The translations under genes were made by a program, and so were the position numbers. The notes below the pieces were generated by a model. The model made no database searches, was not told the origin of the DNA, and worked only from the letters and a program-made list of their open reading frames with translations. 64,000 nucleotides of DNA, from the sequence record LC778249.1; one strand, given 5' to 3'. How positions within the stretch are numbered: position 1 is the first letter of the stretch; the number at the start of each line of letters is the position of its first letter. Positions 48,753 to 59,379 of this stretch are shown piece by piece.

Positions 48753-49992
48753 TTACATGATCGCAAACCCGCCATATAGTGCGGGTTTACACATTGACTT
48801 TCTAAATTTGGGAGTCGATAAATGCAAGAAAATTGTGGCGATTCATCCAAGCGGTCCGTTTGTAAACAGAAAACCAACTAGACAAACAAAGCGTGTTCAA
48901 AAGTTTCTGGACAGCATGAAGCAATTCAAGACGTCGGTAGAGTTGATTGACGGAAACGCTTTATTTCGTGCTGGGTTTCTTACCCCGTTAAGTATTACAA
49001 CAATCGACACAACCGTGCCATTACATGACGCGATAAAAGTTAGTGGGTTTTATTCCAAGAACAATCTTCGGCTGAATGAACTCAACATGATTGGCGAGTG
49101 GGTTATCCCGCTTTACACCAAAATGCCAATCGATAACTTGACGCATCATATTTTCAAATATCCAGTTGCGGAAGCCAAATACTACGTGACTATTGCGTCA
49201 GTTCGCGGACATCCGCCCGAGCCAGGCAAACGTTTTAATAGTGATTTCTTTACTATGCTGCCTGATTCTTATGAGCCAACTGAGACGATGCCAGACAGAG
49301 GACAGAATTTCGCATTCAAGACGAAAGAGGAAGCTGATAATTTTGTTAGCTACTTGAAAACGGACTTCGCTCGCCTGCGACTTGCGCTGTATAAGATGAA
49401 CGTTCATCTTGATAGTGGCGAGTTGGCAGCTATCCCGTGGCTTGACTTCACGCGCACATGGAACGATGATGAACTGTTTGATATGTTCGACATGAACGAT
49501 ATCCGACACCTAGTTCCAACTGTGATCGAAGATTATTATGGCGGTGTTCGTCATAAGACGGTAACGACAAAAGAGACCAGAGAGTTTACTGATAAGATTG
49601 AGCGAGACAGACAAAAGCAAACTGCCGAGTTTTTCACGCCGATTGAGGTAGTAAACAAGATGTTGGATCATACTGATATCGATACGTCTAAGACATCGAC
49701 TTTCTTTGAGCCATCATGTGGCGACGGAAATATACTGCAAGTGATTGTCGAACGTATGCAGGCCATGGGATTGGATAGCGATACCATCGTTTCCAGAATC
49801 TATGCTTGCGAGTATATGCGAGATAACAGGGAAGCTGCCATAGAGCGTTTGGTGTGTCTTCTGGGGGAGGAACAACGAGATAAGCTAAACGAGAGAATAG
49901 CTTATTGCAACACTCTAGATCCAGATGACACTAGCGACGGTAGATTTTATCCGTACTGGCTTAAAACTAACACACTAGAGGCGTTTTTCTAA
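48736..49992 (+). CDS. Amino-DNA methyltransferase (N6A/N4C) with permuted motif order
   Basis: N-terminal IANPPY (motif IV); C-terminal EFFTP and FFEPSCGDGN (motifs X/I). Confidence 0.8.
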   Translation: MSTLFDYMIANPPYSAGLHIDFLNLGVDKCKKIVAIHPSGPFVNRKPTRQTKRVQKFLDSMKQFKTSVELIDGNALFRAGFLTPLSITTIDTTVPLHDAIKVSGFYSKNNLRLNELNMIGEWVIPLYTKMPIDNLTHHIFKYPVAEAKYYVTIASVRGHPPEPGKRFNSDFFTMLPDSYEPTETMPDRGQNFAFKTKEEADNFVSYLKTDFARLRLALYKMNVHLDSGELAAIPWLDFTRTWNDDELFDMFDMNDIRHLVPTVIEDYYGGVRHKTVTTKETREFTDKIERDRQKQTAEFFTPIEVVNKMLDHTDIDTSKTSTFFEPSCGDGNILQVIVERMQAMGLDSDTIVSRIYACEYMRDNREAAIERLVCLLGEEQRDKLNERIAYCNTLDPDDTSDGRFYPYWLKTNTLEAFF

Positions 49993-50474
49993 TGCGTGTA
50001 TTATTTCTCGATGTTGATGGCGTGTTCCACTGTGACAGTAGTTATCTGAAATATGGTCAGATGGTAGATATAGGGGCTGTTAAGCTCCTATCAAAACTAA
50101 TCATTGACTACGGATTGAAGATCGTTTACAGTAGCACTTGGAGATTGGGATGCGACATGCAGATGGTTAAGGATCATCTTGCTATGGCTGGCTTTCCTCC
50201 TGATTGTGTTCATGAGGATTTCAAGACAAGAGATCTTGTTGGTGAACATCGTGGTGAATTAATTCAGGAATGGCTTGACAAACATCCCGAGACCAAGCAA
50301 TATGTGATTATCGACGATGACGACGACATGTTGGAATCGCAAAAACAAAACTTTATCCACGTTGATAGTATGAACGGATTTAGCGTTAGGGATTACTATC
50401 GTGCAAAATCTGTATTCGATGGGTATTCTACCAATCAATGCAAAGAGCACGAAAATCGTGGAAAAATCTGTTGA
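49992..50474 (+). CDS. HAD phosphatase, Swiss-army-knife RNA-repair type (HAD_SAK_2-like)
   Basis: LFLDVDGV, IVYSSTWR, YVIIDD. Confidence 0.8.
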   Translation: MRVLFLDVDGVFHCDSSYLKYGQMVDIGAVKLLSKLIIDYGLKIVYSSTWRLGCDMQMVKDHLAMAGFPPDCVHEDFKTRDLVGEHRGELIQEWLDKHPETKQYVIIDDDDDMLESQKQNFIHVDSMNGFSVRDYYRAKSVFDGYSTNQCKEHENRGKIC

Positions 50475-50495
50475 CAACTGCTGTGAGGTCATGTA

Positions 50496-51975
50496 ATGTG
50501 TGATGAAAAGAAAGAGCGGAAATGTCGCTGCGAAGGTAACTGGTTGGAAGAACAGATCGAAAACTATCTGGCAGAAAACCTGAGTATCAACCTGAATCGT
50601 CGCAATGGATATTACAACGATGTAACGCTTGAGATCGAAATCAAGCTGGGCGACAAAGTTATCGCAAATGCTACCGAGTATCTGTGATGACATCAGGAGA
50701 ACTCAAAGCGGCGTTGAAATCTTATCTGAAAGAAAATCTGGATATCAGCGTCTCTACCAATAAAGGTCAGATTGTTGTTGAAATCACAATCGAAGACGAA
50801 ATTATCGCAAGCAGTAGCGAATACATTTGCGATATAATCAATGAGAAGGATAATTGGTAATGATTGATATGAAACGAGAACAAGCTTATCCCGTACACGT
50901 TGACATCAGCGAGCGTGAATCTAAAGTCTTTGCTTATGTAACAATCCCGTCTGTAGGTACCGAGATCTCTAAGGGTAAAGGTTGGTGGGGCGGTAATGGT
51001 CACGTTAGCAGTCAACCAGTTGATGTTCTGACTTTTGACGTTGACGGCGAGAAACTGAGTTTTCTCCTGAAAGACCGAATCAACGTGATCACCAGCAAAG
51101 ATCAGTTCCAAAGCATCGAGCAAGAAAAGCTCAAAAAGCAAGCGTTGGCAAAACTGTCTACCGCAGAAAGAAAAGCGTTGGGTTTAGCTTGACATTAATG
51201 CCCGTTCATGTAGAATGGGCATTATCAACTGAGGAGAATATCATGTTTTATGCATTGCGTCACAAAACAGATCATAGCAAGTGGGTTGGTATCTCTACTC
51301 AAGCGCACGATGGTGAAGAGTTTTGTAACTCCGTAACTGCTGAGTTTGAGTTCAACGAAGATATTCCGTTCATAACGACTAGCGTCGAACTGCTGTGGAA
51401 CGTGATCAATCATATCAAAGTGGTTGACTCAAGCGAACGAAACCCAGAACTGACTGATTACGCAATTCGTAATCGTCACGCCAATGATTACGAAATTGTG
51501 GAGTTGAAAGTATGAATCATCAAGAGATCTTGGAATTTACAATCGGTGCTTTAATCGGGTCAAGTATTCTATTTGGTAATGGATTCATGCGAGGATTTGG
51601 TCTTGGTGTCCTGTTCATGGGATGTCTGATTAACTATGGAGTAATCCGACTCGTATGATTTTGAATATCGCGTATTATTTCGCAACTGCGATATGTCTCG
51701 TATACGGTAATACATTCCTAAGAGCATTCGCAATTATAGTTCTTGTTCTGGTTTACGGGTTAGAACACAACTGGTTTATGTGAGGACATGATGACCTTAT
51801 TTTTCACTATCTGCAATTTGATGTTTGTTTCCGGTATTCTATGCATGGCGTATGATGTTGCGTTTGGCAAAAATATACAATCGAGAAAGATTTCGTTTTT
51901 TATTTTGTGCGCGGCTATTCTGTTTCTGGTGATTACCAGAGTCGGTGGAAACTCATTAATCTTTATGCCTAACTA
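50496..51975 (+). other. Small hypothetical and membrane CDS (50496-50687, 50860-51192, 51242-51515, 51788-51976 and others)
   Basis: + strand ORFs; stem-loop promoter 51189-51224. Confidence 0.55.
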
Positions 51976-51996
51976 AATATAGTTTTAGGAGGTTAT

Positions 51997-52257
51997 ATGA
52001 GCGAAGACGAAGAAATCAAAAAGGCATTGGAAGGATTCAATAAAAGTTTCTTCCAGAAAATGCTTGCATTGTTGTGGCAACTATTGCTAGGCACACTGGC
52101 GTATAGTGCGCTTCATGCATGGATCACGGATACATTGGTTGAATCGGATGGTCCCTTTGCTATGTACTTCGCGGCAGTGATTGCTGTTATCGCTGTTGGT
52201 GATTTGATTTTGCGAATTCAGATCAAGAGGGAGAGCAAGCATGAAAACGCTGGCTGA
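51997..52257 (+). CDS. Two-TM membrane protein under late promoter
   Basis: ACTAAATA at 51972, GGAGG RBS, two hydrophobic segments. Confidence 0.65.
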   Translation: MSEDEEIKKALEGFNKSFFQKMLALLWQLLLGTLAYSALHAWITDTLVESDGPFAMYFAAVIAVIAVGDLILRIQIKRESKHENAG

Positions 52258-52807
52258 GTTTCTAGCAGAAAGTCATATGCCGGGCGATGAACAACTGGAG
52301 AAAGACCAGAAAAAGCCGGTATACGCAAAGAGTAAAAACCAAGTCGTCGAACTGACGAAAGAACAGGAATTCGAGTTATCAAAACGTTCTAAGCTTTCTA
52401 CCAAGATGAAGGTTGGCGTTTATGATTTCATGAGTTCTATTCACGCGCAAGCGCGAGCTGCCCAGCGTCGCAATGATGTAACGCCGGAAGAGTGGAAAGC
52501 ATTCTACCGCAAAATTGCCCATTATGTTGAAGACGCAAAGATCAGAACTGGTCAATTTATGTTCCACTCGAACAGCATGGACATTAGTGTCGCTGGTCGC
52601 GTTAAGAATCGTCAGATCGAGATCGCTACTGTTTACCCTAAGGGAACTAAAGGTTTTCAGTCTAAGAAGCGGGAGACGATGGGACAGAAACAAGCTATTT
52701 TCGAAAGCAAAGATCAATTCTATGATATGCCAGAATCATCTGATTGGATTGAAGAAGCAGAATTGACGTTAGGCGAAAGCTTGACTGATATCGTATTAAT
52801 GAGATAA
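52241..52807 (+). CDS. Probable internal head protein
   Basis: MKTLAEFLAE closely matches the T4 capsid-targeting sequence MKTYQEFIAE. Confidence 0.65.
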   Translation: MKTLAEFLAESHMPGDEQLEKDQKKPVYAKSKNQVVELTKEQEFELSKRSKLSTKMKVGVYDFMSSIHAQARAAQRRNDVTPEEWKAFYRKIAHYVEDAKIRTGQFMFHSNSMDISVAGRVKNRQIEIATVYPKGTKGFQSKKRETMGQKQAIFESKDQFYDMPESSDWIEEAELTLGESLTDIVLMR

Positions 52808-52965
52808 GCCCGCTACGGCGGGCTTTTTATTTGGAGAAAACTATGGAAATTGTATACAAAGACCCAGAAACTATGTGCGAAGAAGAACGCAAAATTTTTG
52901 AAAAAGAGGTTGACGTAGTATCCGATTCTGATACTATGATGCCATAACGAAACGAGGAAGTAATC

Positions 52966-54409
52966 ATGACTAATCAAGAAGTAATCGCACTGGGACTGAC
53001 GCTTGTTAATGTAATTTACGGCATTGGTGTTGTTTCCTTCTTGGAAATCTGGGACGAGCAAGATACGATTAAACGTGCAATCGTTGGTCTCACTGCAATG
53101 ATTCCTTTCTTTGCTCTGTCCTACTTTCTGCTTAACTACTGTGAGGTAATCTAATGAGTCATTGGCAAGACACGAAAGATCATGTAAACGCGATTCTGTT
53201 GGCAACCGTTTTCAAAAATCGTCCGTTGGTAGATCCTGTTTCTGCTATCTACAACAACAATTTGCCTGGTGCGATGGACAAGGTTTTGCGCCAAGCTATG
53301 GTATATGGCGTCCCAGAATGTGTTGCTCCGAGTCTGGAATATATTCGAGACGCTGCAAAGCTGTTGGACAAACAAGGGTGGGCTGAAATGAGTCTGATTG
53401 AAAACGTTGTAAAGAAGCTGCAAGTCGGTACCACATTCGTTGAGTGTGGTTATGGTCAGGAGATTGTTTGCATCTGCGAAACAATTCCGACTCGTAGCGA
53501 AACAGGTCAATGGACCTGGTCTGCAAAGACGTTAGATGGTCGTCATATTGACTATCTGATTACCGAAGGATTCGAACACTACGGTCCAAAAATTTATTTG
53601 GATTAAGTAAAAAGTGGTTGACGCTTGGTGTAGACCTGATAATATGTCCACATCGAAACAAAAGCGAATTATCGCGAAACAAAACAACTGAGGAAATCAT
53701 CATGCATAGCATCGCAATCAAAGCACTGGCAGAAAAGATCATGGTTATCAACGGCAAAATTGAAGCATCTTATGTCGGTGAGTGGACACCGGAAGGTGCA
53801 GATCAACGCGCAGTGTGGGAAACTGAGATCGAAAGTCTGCAAGCTACCATCGAAGTTTTGGAGACTATGTAATGAAACTCCAACTGTTGGAAGCGGTAGT
53901 CGATAATCTTACCCGTCGCAAACTTTCGTTTCTTTGTTCAGAAGTTCGAGAGATTGCCGGTGGTCGTGTTGTTGTTTCCGTTCGAGTTCAAGATAAAGCG
54001 GTAGCACAAGAAATCGCTGGATTCTTCCACTATCTTGCCGATAACAACATCGTGAGCACTTCCAGTTATAAGCGAAATCATTGCACTAAGGTTTCGTTTA
54101 TCGCTCGCTCGCATCTTCAAATCATGGACATCATGGACGAATTAAATGCGCTCACTGTTTGAAATTCGCGATGGAATAATCAAGCGTCGCCGCGATGAAC
54201 TCGCTAAAGAGTTGAAATCCGCTGGTTACACGTTTGAAAAATATCGAGATTGTATTGTGCTTGAAATTGGACATCTGATTTATTGGATATTTCCTAAGCC
54301 CACTTATTACAGCATCGAAATGAAATTTACGGTAGAATTCACTTGCAGGCGGAAGTCTAGTGTGCTAAAGTATCTGCGGATGTTGTCTGATATTGATAAG
54401 GATCTATGA
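52966..54409 (+). other. Hypothetical CDS (52966-53154, 53154-53606, 53702-53872, 53872-54162, 54146-54409)
   Basis: Packed + strand ORFs. Confidence 0.6.
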
Positions 54410-54573
54410 TGGAAATCAATAAGCTTGTTGTCTCGAAGTTCTTCATGATACTGATTGCTATTGTTGCTTGTGGTGCTATGTTCTTCGCTGAACCGCAATA
54501 CTACCGTAATTGTTTCGCGCTTATTTGCGCACTAACTGGCATTCATAACGTAGCAATTCGATAAGGAGATATC

Positions 54574-55515
54574 ATGGAATATTGGAAGATTAACGATCAA
54601 GGTCGACTGGAAGCACTGGTAGATTTTCCAGCGATGTGTAGATTTCAAATAATCGATGTTAAAGCCGGTGATGTTGGTGCAGTCATTCCGCCGTCCTGTA
54701 AGTTACCAGAGACCACTGAGGTCTTTTGGGTGCATCATGACGCTGTTATTGGTGGAAGTGTACTATTCGGCGAAGATGTATATATCGGAAAAGAATCCGT
54801 TATCGGTGGCTGTGTGACTATTCGCAGAGGCACCAAGATTGATAGCAGGGTAAATATTCAAGATGATGTTGAAATCGGCGAATGTGTTACAATCCACAAC
54901 AATACCAAAATCTACTATGCTTCCAGAATTCGCAGATATGTTATTATTGGTCCATCTGTGATAATCCGTCGCGGTGTTCGAATTGATGAAAGAACGATCA
55001 TAAATCAACGTTCGTATATCGGTATGGATTCTCGTATTTCTAGCCAATGCATCATTTCCAATGACTGTATCATTGGTGACAAAGTTTCGATACACGAATT
55101 TAGTACGATTCGGTCTTATAGCAAAATCGAAAACTGTGTATTGATTGGGAACAATAGCACGATTGGTGAACGGTGTGTTATTGGTGAGCGGGTGAATCTC
55201 GCAAACAAAACAATCATACACGAGTGTAATAATATCGTAATCGGTAGCTATCATCAGCTCGTTGGCATGGGTGGTAAATCTCGCACCATGACGATGTATA
55301 TCAGAGATCGAAAGGTGGTAATCAACGTTGGTTGCCAAAGACAAATCGAACTTGGTGAATTCAAAGCCCGTGTCCGAGACGCAACCGGCACAGGTACCGA
55401 TAGCACTGATGTTTACAAGAAACAAATGCCGATGATTGAAGCCGCTTATGGTGTTCTTGAGGCGCAGTTGAAAATAGGCATCAAAGAAAAAATTAAAAAT
55501 TTCTTCAAAAAGTGA
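54574..55515 (+). CDS. Left-handed beta-helix (hexapeptide repeat) protein
   Basis: Long run of [IV]-G/x-x-x-x-x repeats (IGKESVIGGCVTI...IGNNSTIGERCVIGERV). Confidence 0.85.
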   Translation: MEYWKINDQGRLEALVDFPAMCRFQIIDVKAGDVGAVIPPSCKLPETTEVFWVHHDAVIGGSVLFGEDVYIGKESVIGGCVTIRRGTKIDSRVNIQDDVEIGECVTIHNNTKIYYASRIRRYVIIGPSVIIRRGVRIDERTIINQRSYIGMDSRISSQCIISNDCIIGDKVSIHEFSTIRSYSKIENCVLIGNNSTIGERCVIGERVNLANKTIIHECNNIVIGSYHQLVGMGGKSRTMTMYIRDRKVVINVGCQRQIELGEFKARVRDATGTGTDSTDVYKKQMPMIEAAYGVLEAQLKIGIKEKIKNFFKK

Positions 55516-55550
55516 TTGACGCTAGGTGTGGTCATGTTATTATGACCACA
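55516..55550 (+). promoter_or_regulatory. Early stem-loop promoter (PeSL-like)
   Basis: TTGACG-N16-TATTAT; TGTGGTCAT/ATGACCACA. Confidence 0.85.
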
Positions 55551-55573
55551 TCAAGACAAATGAGGAAAGTATC

Positions 55574-57010
55574 ATGACCAAAGAAATCAAAACAGAAGTT
55601 ATCATTTATGCATATGAAGCGGTAGTGGATACCAACGAAGACGACGAGGATGTCGTTGAAGAACACTACGGCGTAAAAGCTACTGGTGAAGCGGAAGATG
55701 TTTTTGGTCAAGAGATTTTCGAAGATTTCGAGGATAGCATTGTTGATGCTCACGATCTCGCAAAACAAATTGCGGATGATTGTGGAATCGAAATCACTTG
55801 GGAATGCTACAAGCCTGGTTGGGCTCGTTAATAACTAAACTGAGGTATAAACCATGATCGCTTTTCAAATTTGGGTTTCCACTATTATCTTCGGTCTGCT
55901 TGGCATGATTTGGGGCCGTGATACTTGGTACGATGCGCTGGTTAAATTTGCGCTGCTGGGTCTGACTATTGTCGGCATCCTGATTCTGTATCGCGAAAAT
56001 GGATTCTCTGGTATTCCGATGAAATAATCGAAAAATTAAAAAAGTTCTTGACGTGGTCCTAGTACCTGTTATTATGACCACATCAAGACGAGATACGTCA
56101 AACAAAACAACTGTTTTCTCCACTGTTCAAATAACTGAGGAATAAATCATGAAAAAAATGAATGCAAAGAATATCAAAGCCGGTAAAACTGTTTACTATG
56201 TTCACGCTCTTGGCGAAAACTCTTTTGTTACCAAGTATATCGTGCGCAATCGTCCGCAAGTTCATATCTGGAAACATATCCCGAAGCCGTTGGACGAAAG
56301 TATTTCTCTGTTTGTTCCCGCTGGTTATGTGTTCAGTGATGGTAAAATCGGCAAACACAATAGCGAATTCAGTCTGACCGATTGTAACGTCGGTGTGAAG
56401 AACAGTTACAACAAACACCGTCTGTTCTTCAAGAAGAAAGCCGCCGAACGTTATTGTGAACTGTGCAAGCAATGCGGTATCGACATTGCTAAACGTGAAC
56501 ATAATTTCGAATCTCTGAATTGGGATTATCCGCTGGAAATGGATGATTACTATGAAGATGAAATGGTTCTGGACGATGACCGTTAATAAACAAAATCAAA
56601 AAGTTTGTTGACTAACGCCCGGAGCCATGCGATAATGGCTCTATCAAATAACGAATGAGGAAAACATCATGCACTTCGTAACAATGAATCTGAAAATTCG
56701 TGCTGGCGCAATCTACAACGCAACTAGCGCAAATCAAGTAAGTTCTCCTAATGTGCAAAATCTTATTGCGCTGCTGGATGGTAAAACTGTTGAATCCCGA
56801 GTGTATGGTGTAACGAATATGTGTTTCTCTGTAAGCGAGAAAATGATCCGCGATGCATGGGAAACATATGAAAAAGATAACTTCCGTCTTAACGACAAGG
56901 TTATCGATCAACTGGTCGAGTATTTCGTTCGGCCTAACTTTAGCTGTTGCCTCCCGGCATTCCACGTTGAAAACTTTGATGCCGTATTGGAGGAATTCAA
57001 AAAGGAATGA
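55574..57010 (+). other. Hypothetical early CDS (55574-55831 acidic, 56149-56586, 56669-57010)
   Basis: Each behind a promoter-RBS cassette. Confidence 0.65.
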
Positions 57011-57013
57011 TAA

Positions 57014-57961
57014 GTGAAAGATTTGATTAAACTGGGTGGTGTGGTAGTTGGTGTTCTGTTCGCCATGATCTTGGGCTTCAACTGCTACACAATCGTGGAT
57101 GCTGGTACTACCAAAGTCGGTACCATCATGGGTGAAGTTCAAGACAAACCGTTGGAAGAAGGCCTGCACTTCGTAAACCCGATGATGGGCTTTGATGTGT
57201 TCGACACCAGAAACAACAAGTTTGTTAAAGAAAACTTGCTTCTGCCGACAAAAGACCGTTTCAATAGCACCGCTAACGTTACTGTCCTGTATCGTGTAGA
57301 TAACGCAAAAACTCCGTACATCAAAAAGAACTACGGTACTATGGAAATGTTCGTTGATAAAGCGATGTCTCAGTTCCTGACTAGCATTATCAAAGACGAA
57401 GGTCGTAAAATTTCCGACTCTCGCGGCTTGGCTGACAGTTTCAATGTAACCGCAATGCAAGAGAATACCAAGCGTCGTCTGCAAGAAGCATTGACTGGTA
57501 CCGGTATCACTCTGCAAGATGTGTTGATTCAGGACGTAACTTTCGATCCGCGTATCCAGAACCAAATTCTGCAAACTCAAGATCGAATCCAGAAAGAAGA
57601 AGCGGAAAAATCCCAGTTGCGAATTGCTGAAACTACAGCTAAACGTACCGAGGCAACCGCTAAAGGTCAAGCTGCTGCGGATAAAGCCAAGTATGAAGCT
57701 AACGCTTACAAAACTTTCGTTGAAGCCAAAGCTTATGCTGACGGTGTAAAACAGAAAGCTGATGCAGAACGTTACATGGCTGAACAAACCGCAATCGGTA
57801 ACAACAAGCTGGCATCGTCTCTGACTCCGCAAATCGTTGAACTGAAACGAATTGAGGTTCAAATGAAGCAAGCTGGCGAAGGTTGGAACGGTCAAGTTCC
57901 GAGCAACTTCACTCTGATGGGTCAAGGTCAAGCTCCGCTGTTTCTGAAACAAATGCAGTAA
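57014..57961 (+). CDS. SPFH/Band 7 (prohibitin-like) membrane protein
   Basis: N-terminal TM, IVDAG..VG..MG.V, GLHFVNP, coiled-coil AEA-rich C-terminus. Confidence 0.9.
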   Translation: MKDLIKLGGVVVGVLFAMILGFNCYTIVDAGTTKVGTIMGEVQDKPLEEGLHFVNPMMGFDVFDTRNNKFVKENLLLPTKDRFNSTANVTVLYRVDNAKTPYIKKNYGTMEMFVDKAMSQFLTSIIKDEGRKISDSRGLADSFNVTAMQENTKRRLQEALTGTGITLQDVLIQDVTFDPRIQNQILQTQDRIQKEEAEKSQLRIAETTAKRTEATAKGQAAADKAKYEANAYKTFVEAKAYADGVKQKADAERYMAEQTAIGNNKLASSLTPQIVELKRIEVQMKQAGEGWNGQVPSNFTLMGQGQAPLFLKQMQ

Positions 57962-57985
57962 TCATTAAGGGGGCTTTTGCCCCCT

Positions 57986-58297
57986 TTCTTTATAAGGGGA
58001 TATATGAAAAAACACAGTGATAAGTTGATAGCAATTCTGTTTCTTATCAAGTATGGATTCGCGGTGATGATGGAAAAGGTGGATTTCCGCCTTGAGCGTC
58101 TTGAATCATATCTGGTTAGAAAGATCACAGAACGCCGCATTAAACGATTCCGTGGTTTCGATAGCGTGGATGATGTCTTTGAATCCTATATGAAAAATCG
58201 TGAATCACACAATCCCGAAGAAATCGCCGAAGAATTGAAATCCCATATTGAGAGCGCAAAACTTCGTCAACTGTTGATGATGGCAACTAAAAAATAA
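57986..58297 (+). CDS. Hypothetical protein
   Basis: Followed by terminator 58300-58327. Confidence 0.6.
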   Translation, partial: FFIRGYMKKHSDKLIAILFLIKYGFAVMMEKVDFRLERLESYLVRKITERRIKRFRGFDSVDDVFESYMKNRESHNPEEIAEELKSHIESAKLRQLLMMATKK

Positions 58298-58410
58298 GTA
58301 ATCCCGCTTCGGCGGGATTTTTTTTTTAATTTTTTCGAAAAATTGCTTGCACTGATGTTGGAATATGGTAATATAGCCACATCGAAACGAAACAACCTGA
58401 GGAAAACATC

Positions 58411-59328
58411 ATGCTGACTACCATCGAAATGAAACAACACGCCATCGCCGCTCTGAATGCTCGCATCGCTCACGATCTGGCTCTGGCGAAAGAATGTTTC
58501 AACGTTGACCTCGTGATTGGCAAAAATCTGAAAGTTGAATTCAACATGAAAGGTCGCGCTGCTGGTCAAGCTAAGATGGTAGGTTCCAAGTTCGGTGGCA
58601 ACGATTACCGCAAGTACACTATCCGCTTCAACGTAAACATGATGATCATGAGCGAAAAAGCTTGGTGGCATCTGCTGGACGAAACTGTTAGCCACGAAAT
58701 CGCGCACATTGTTGATTATGTTCAGCGTAACAAATCTGGCCACGACTCTCGTTGGAAGTTCATCCACGCAATGCTGAACGGCTCTTCCGAGACTTATCAC
58801 CAGCTGGAAGTTGCTTGTGCTGAATACGAATACAACGTAAACGGTAAAGTTGTTAAGCTGGGTCCAGTACGTCACAACAAAATCCAAGAAGGCAAGAGCT
58901 ATCGCGTAGAAGTAAACGGCATTATGCGTCCGCTGACCAAAGCTAACTTTGTTGGTGTTGTTGAAAAAACTGCAATGACTTCCGTTCCGACTCGCGCCAA
59001 CGAAGTTGCTCCTTACACTGTAAAAACCGGCGTTGTTGCTACTCAGAAAAAAGTTGCAATCGCTAAGGCTGTTAAACCTGTTGCCGTTGTTAAGCCGGTT
59101 GCTAAAGCTACTGTTATGCCGATTGCTGCTAACACTACCAGCACTGCCAAGCGTCACACTGCACCGAGTGGTCTGATTGTACGCCACAAGCCGTCTAAGC
59201 TGGCAGATCAAATCTGGGCTGATGGGATTCAGATGAAAGCTGACTTCATCGCCGAATACGAAGCTCGCGGCGGTAAGAGTGCAAGCTCCGCTTTCCACAG
59301 TGTTTATGCTTGGTATATCGGTAAGTAA
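58411..59328 (+). CDS. SprT-like zinc metallopeptidase domain protein
   Basis: GRAAG, ETVSHEIAH (HExxH), GHDSRWK. Confidence 0.85.
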   Translation: MLTTIEMKQHAIAALNARIAHDLALAKECFNVDLVIGKNLKVEFNMKGRAAGQAKMVGSKFGGNDYRKYTIRFNVNMMIMSEKAWWHLLDETVSHEIAHIVDYVQRNKSGHDSRWKFIHAMLNGSSETYHQLEVACAEYEYNVNGKVVKLGPVRHNKIQEGKSYRVEVNGIMRPLTKANFVGVVEKTAMTSVPTRANEVAPYTVKTGVVATQKKVAIAKAVKPVAVVKPVAKATVMPIAANTTSTAKRHTAPSGLIVRHKPSKLADQIWADGIQMKADFIAEYEARGGKSASSAFHSVYAWYIGK

Positions 59329-59363
59329 TTGACAACGAACGGAGGGCATGTAAGAATGCCCTC
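59329..59363 (+). promoter_or_regulatory. Early stem-loop promoter (PeSL-like)
   Basis: TTGACA; GAGGGCAT/ATGCCCTC around TG-TAAGAAT. Confidence 0.75.
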
Positions 59364-59379
59364 AACTTAAGGAGAAATC

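Noticed and set aside
51997-52257. Holin
   Set aside because: Two TM helices and late expression are compatible, but there is no endolysin nearby and no family motif.
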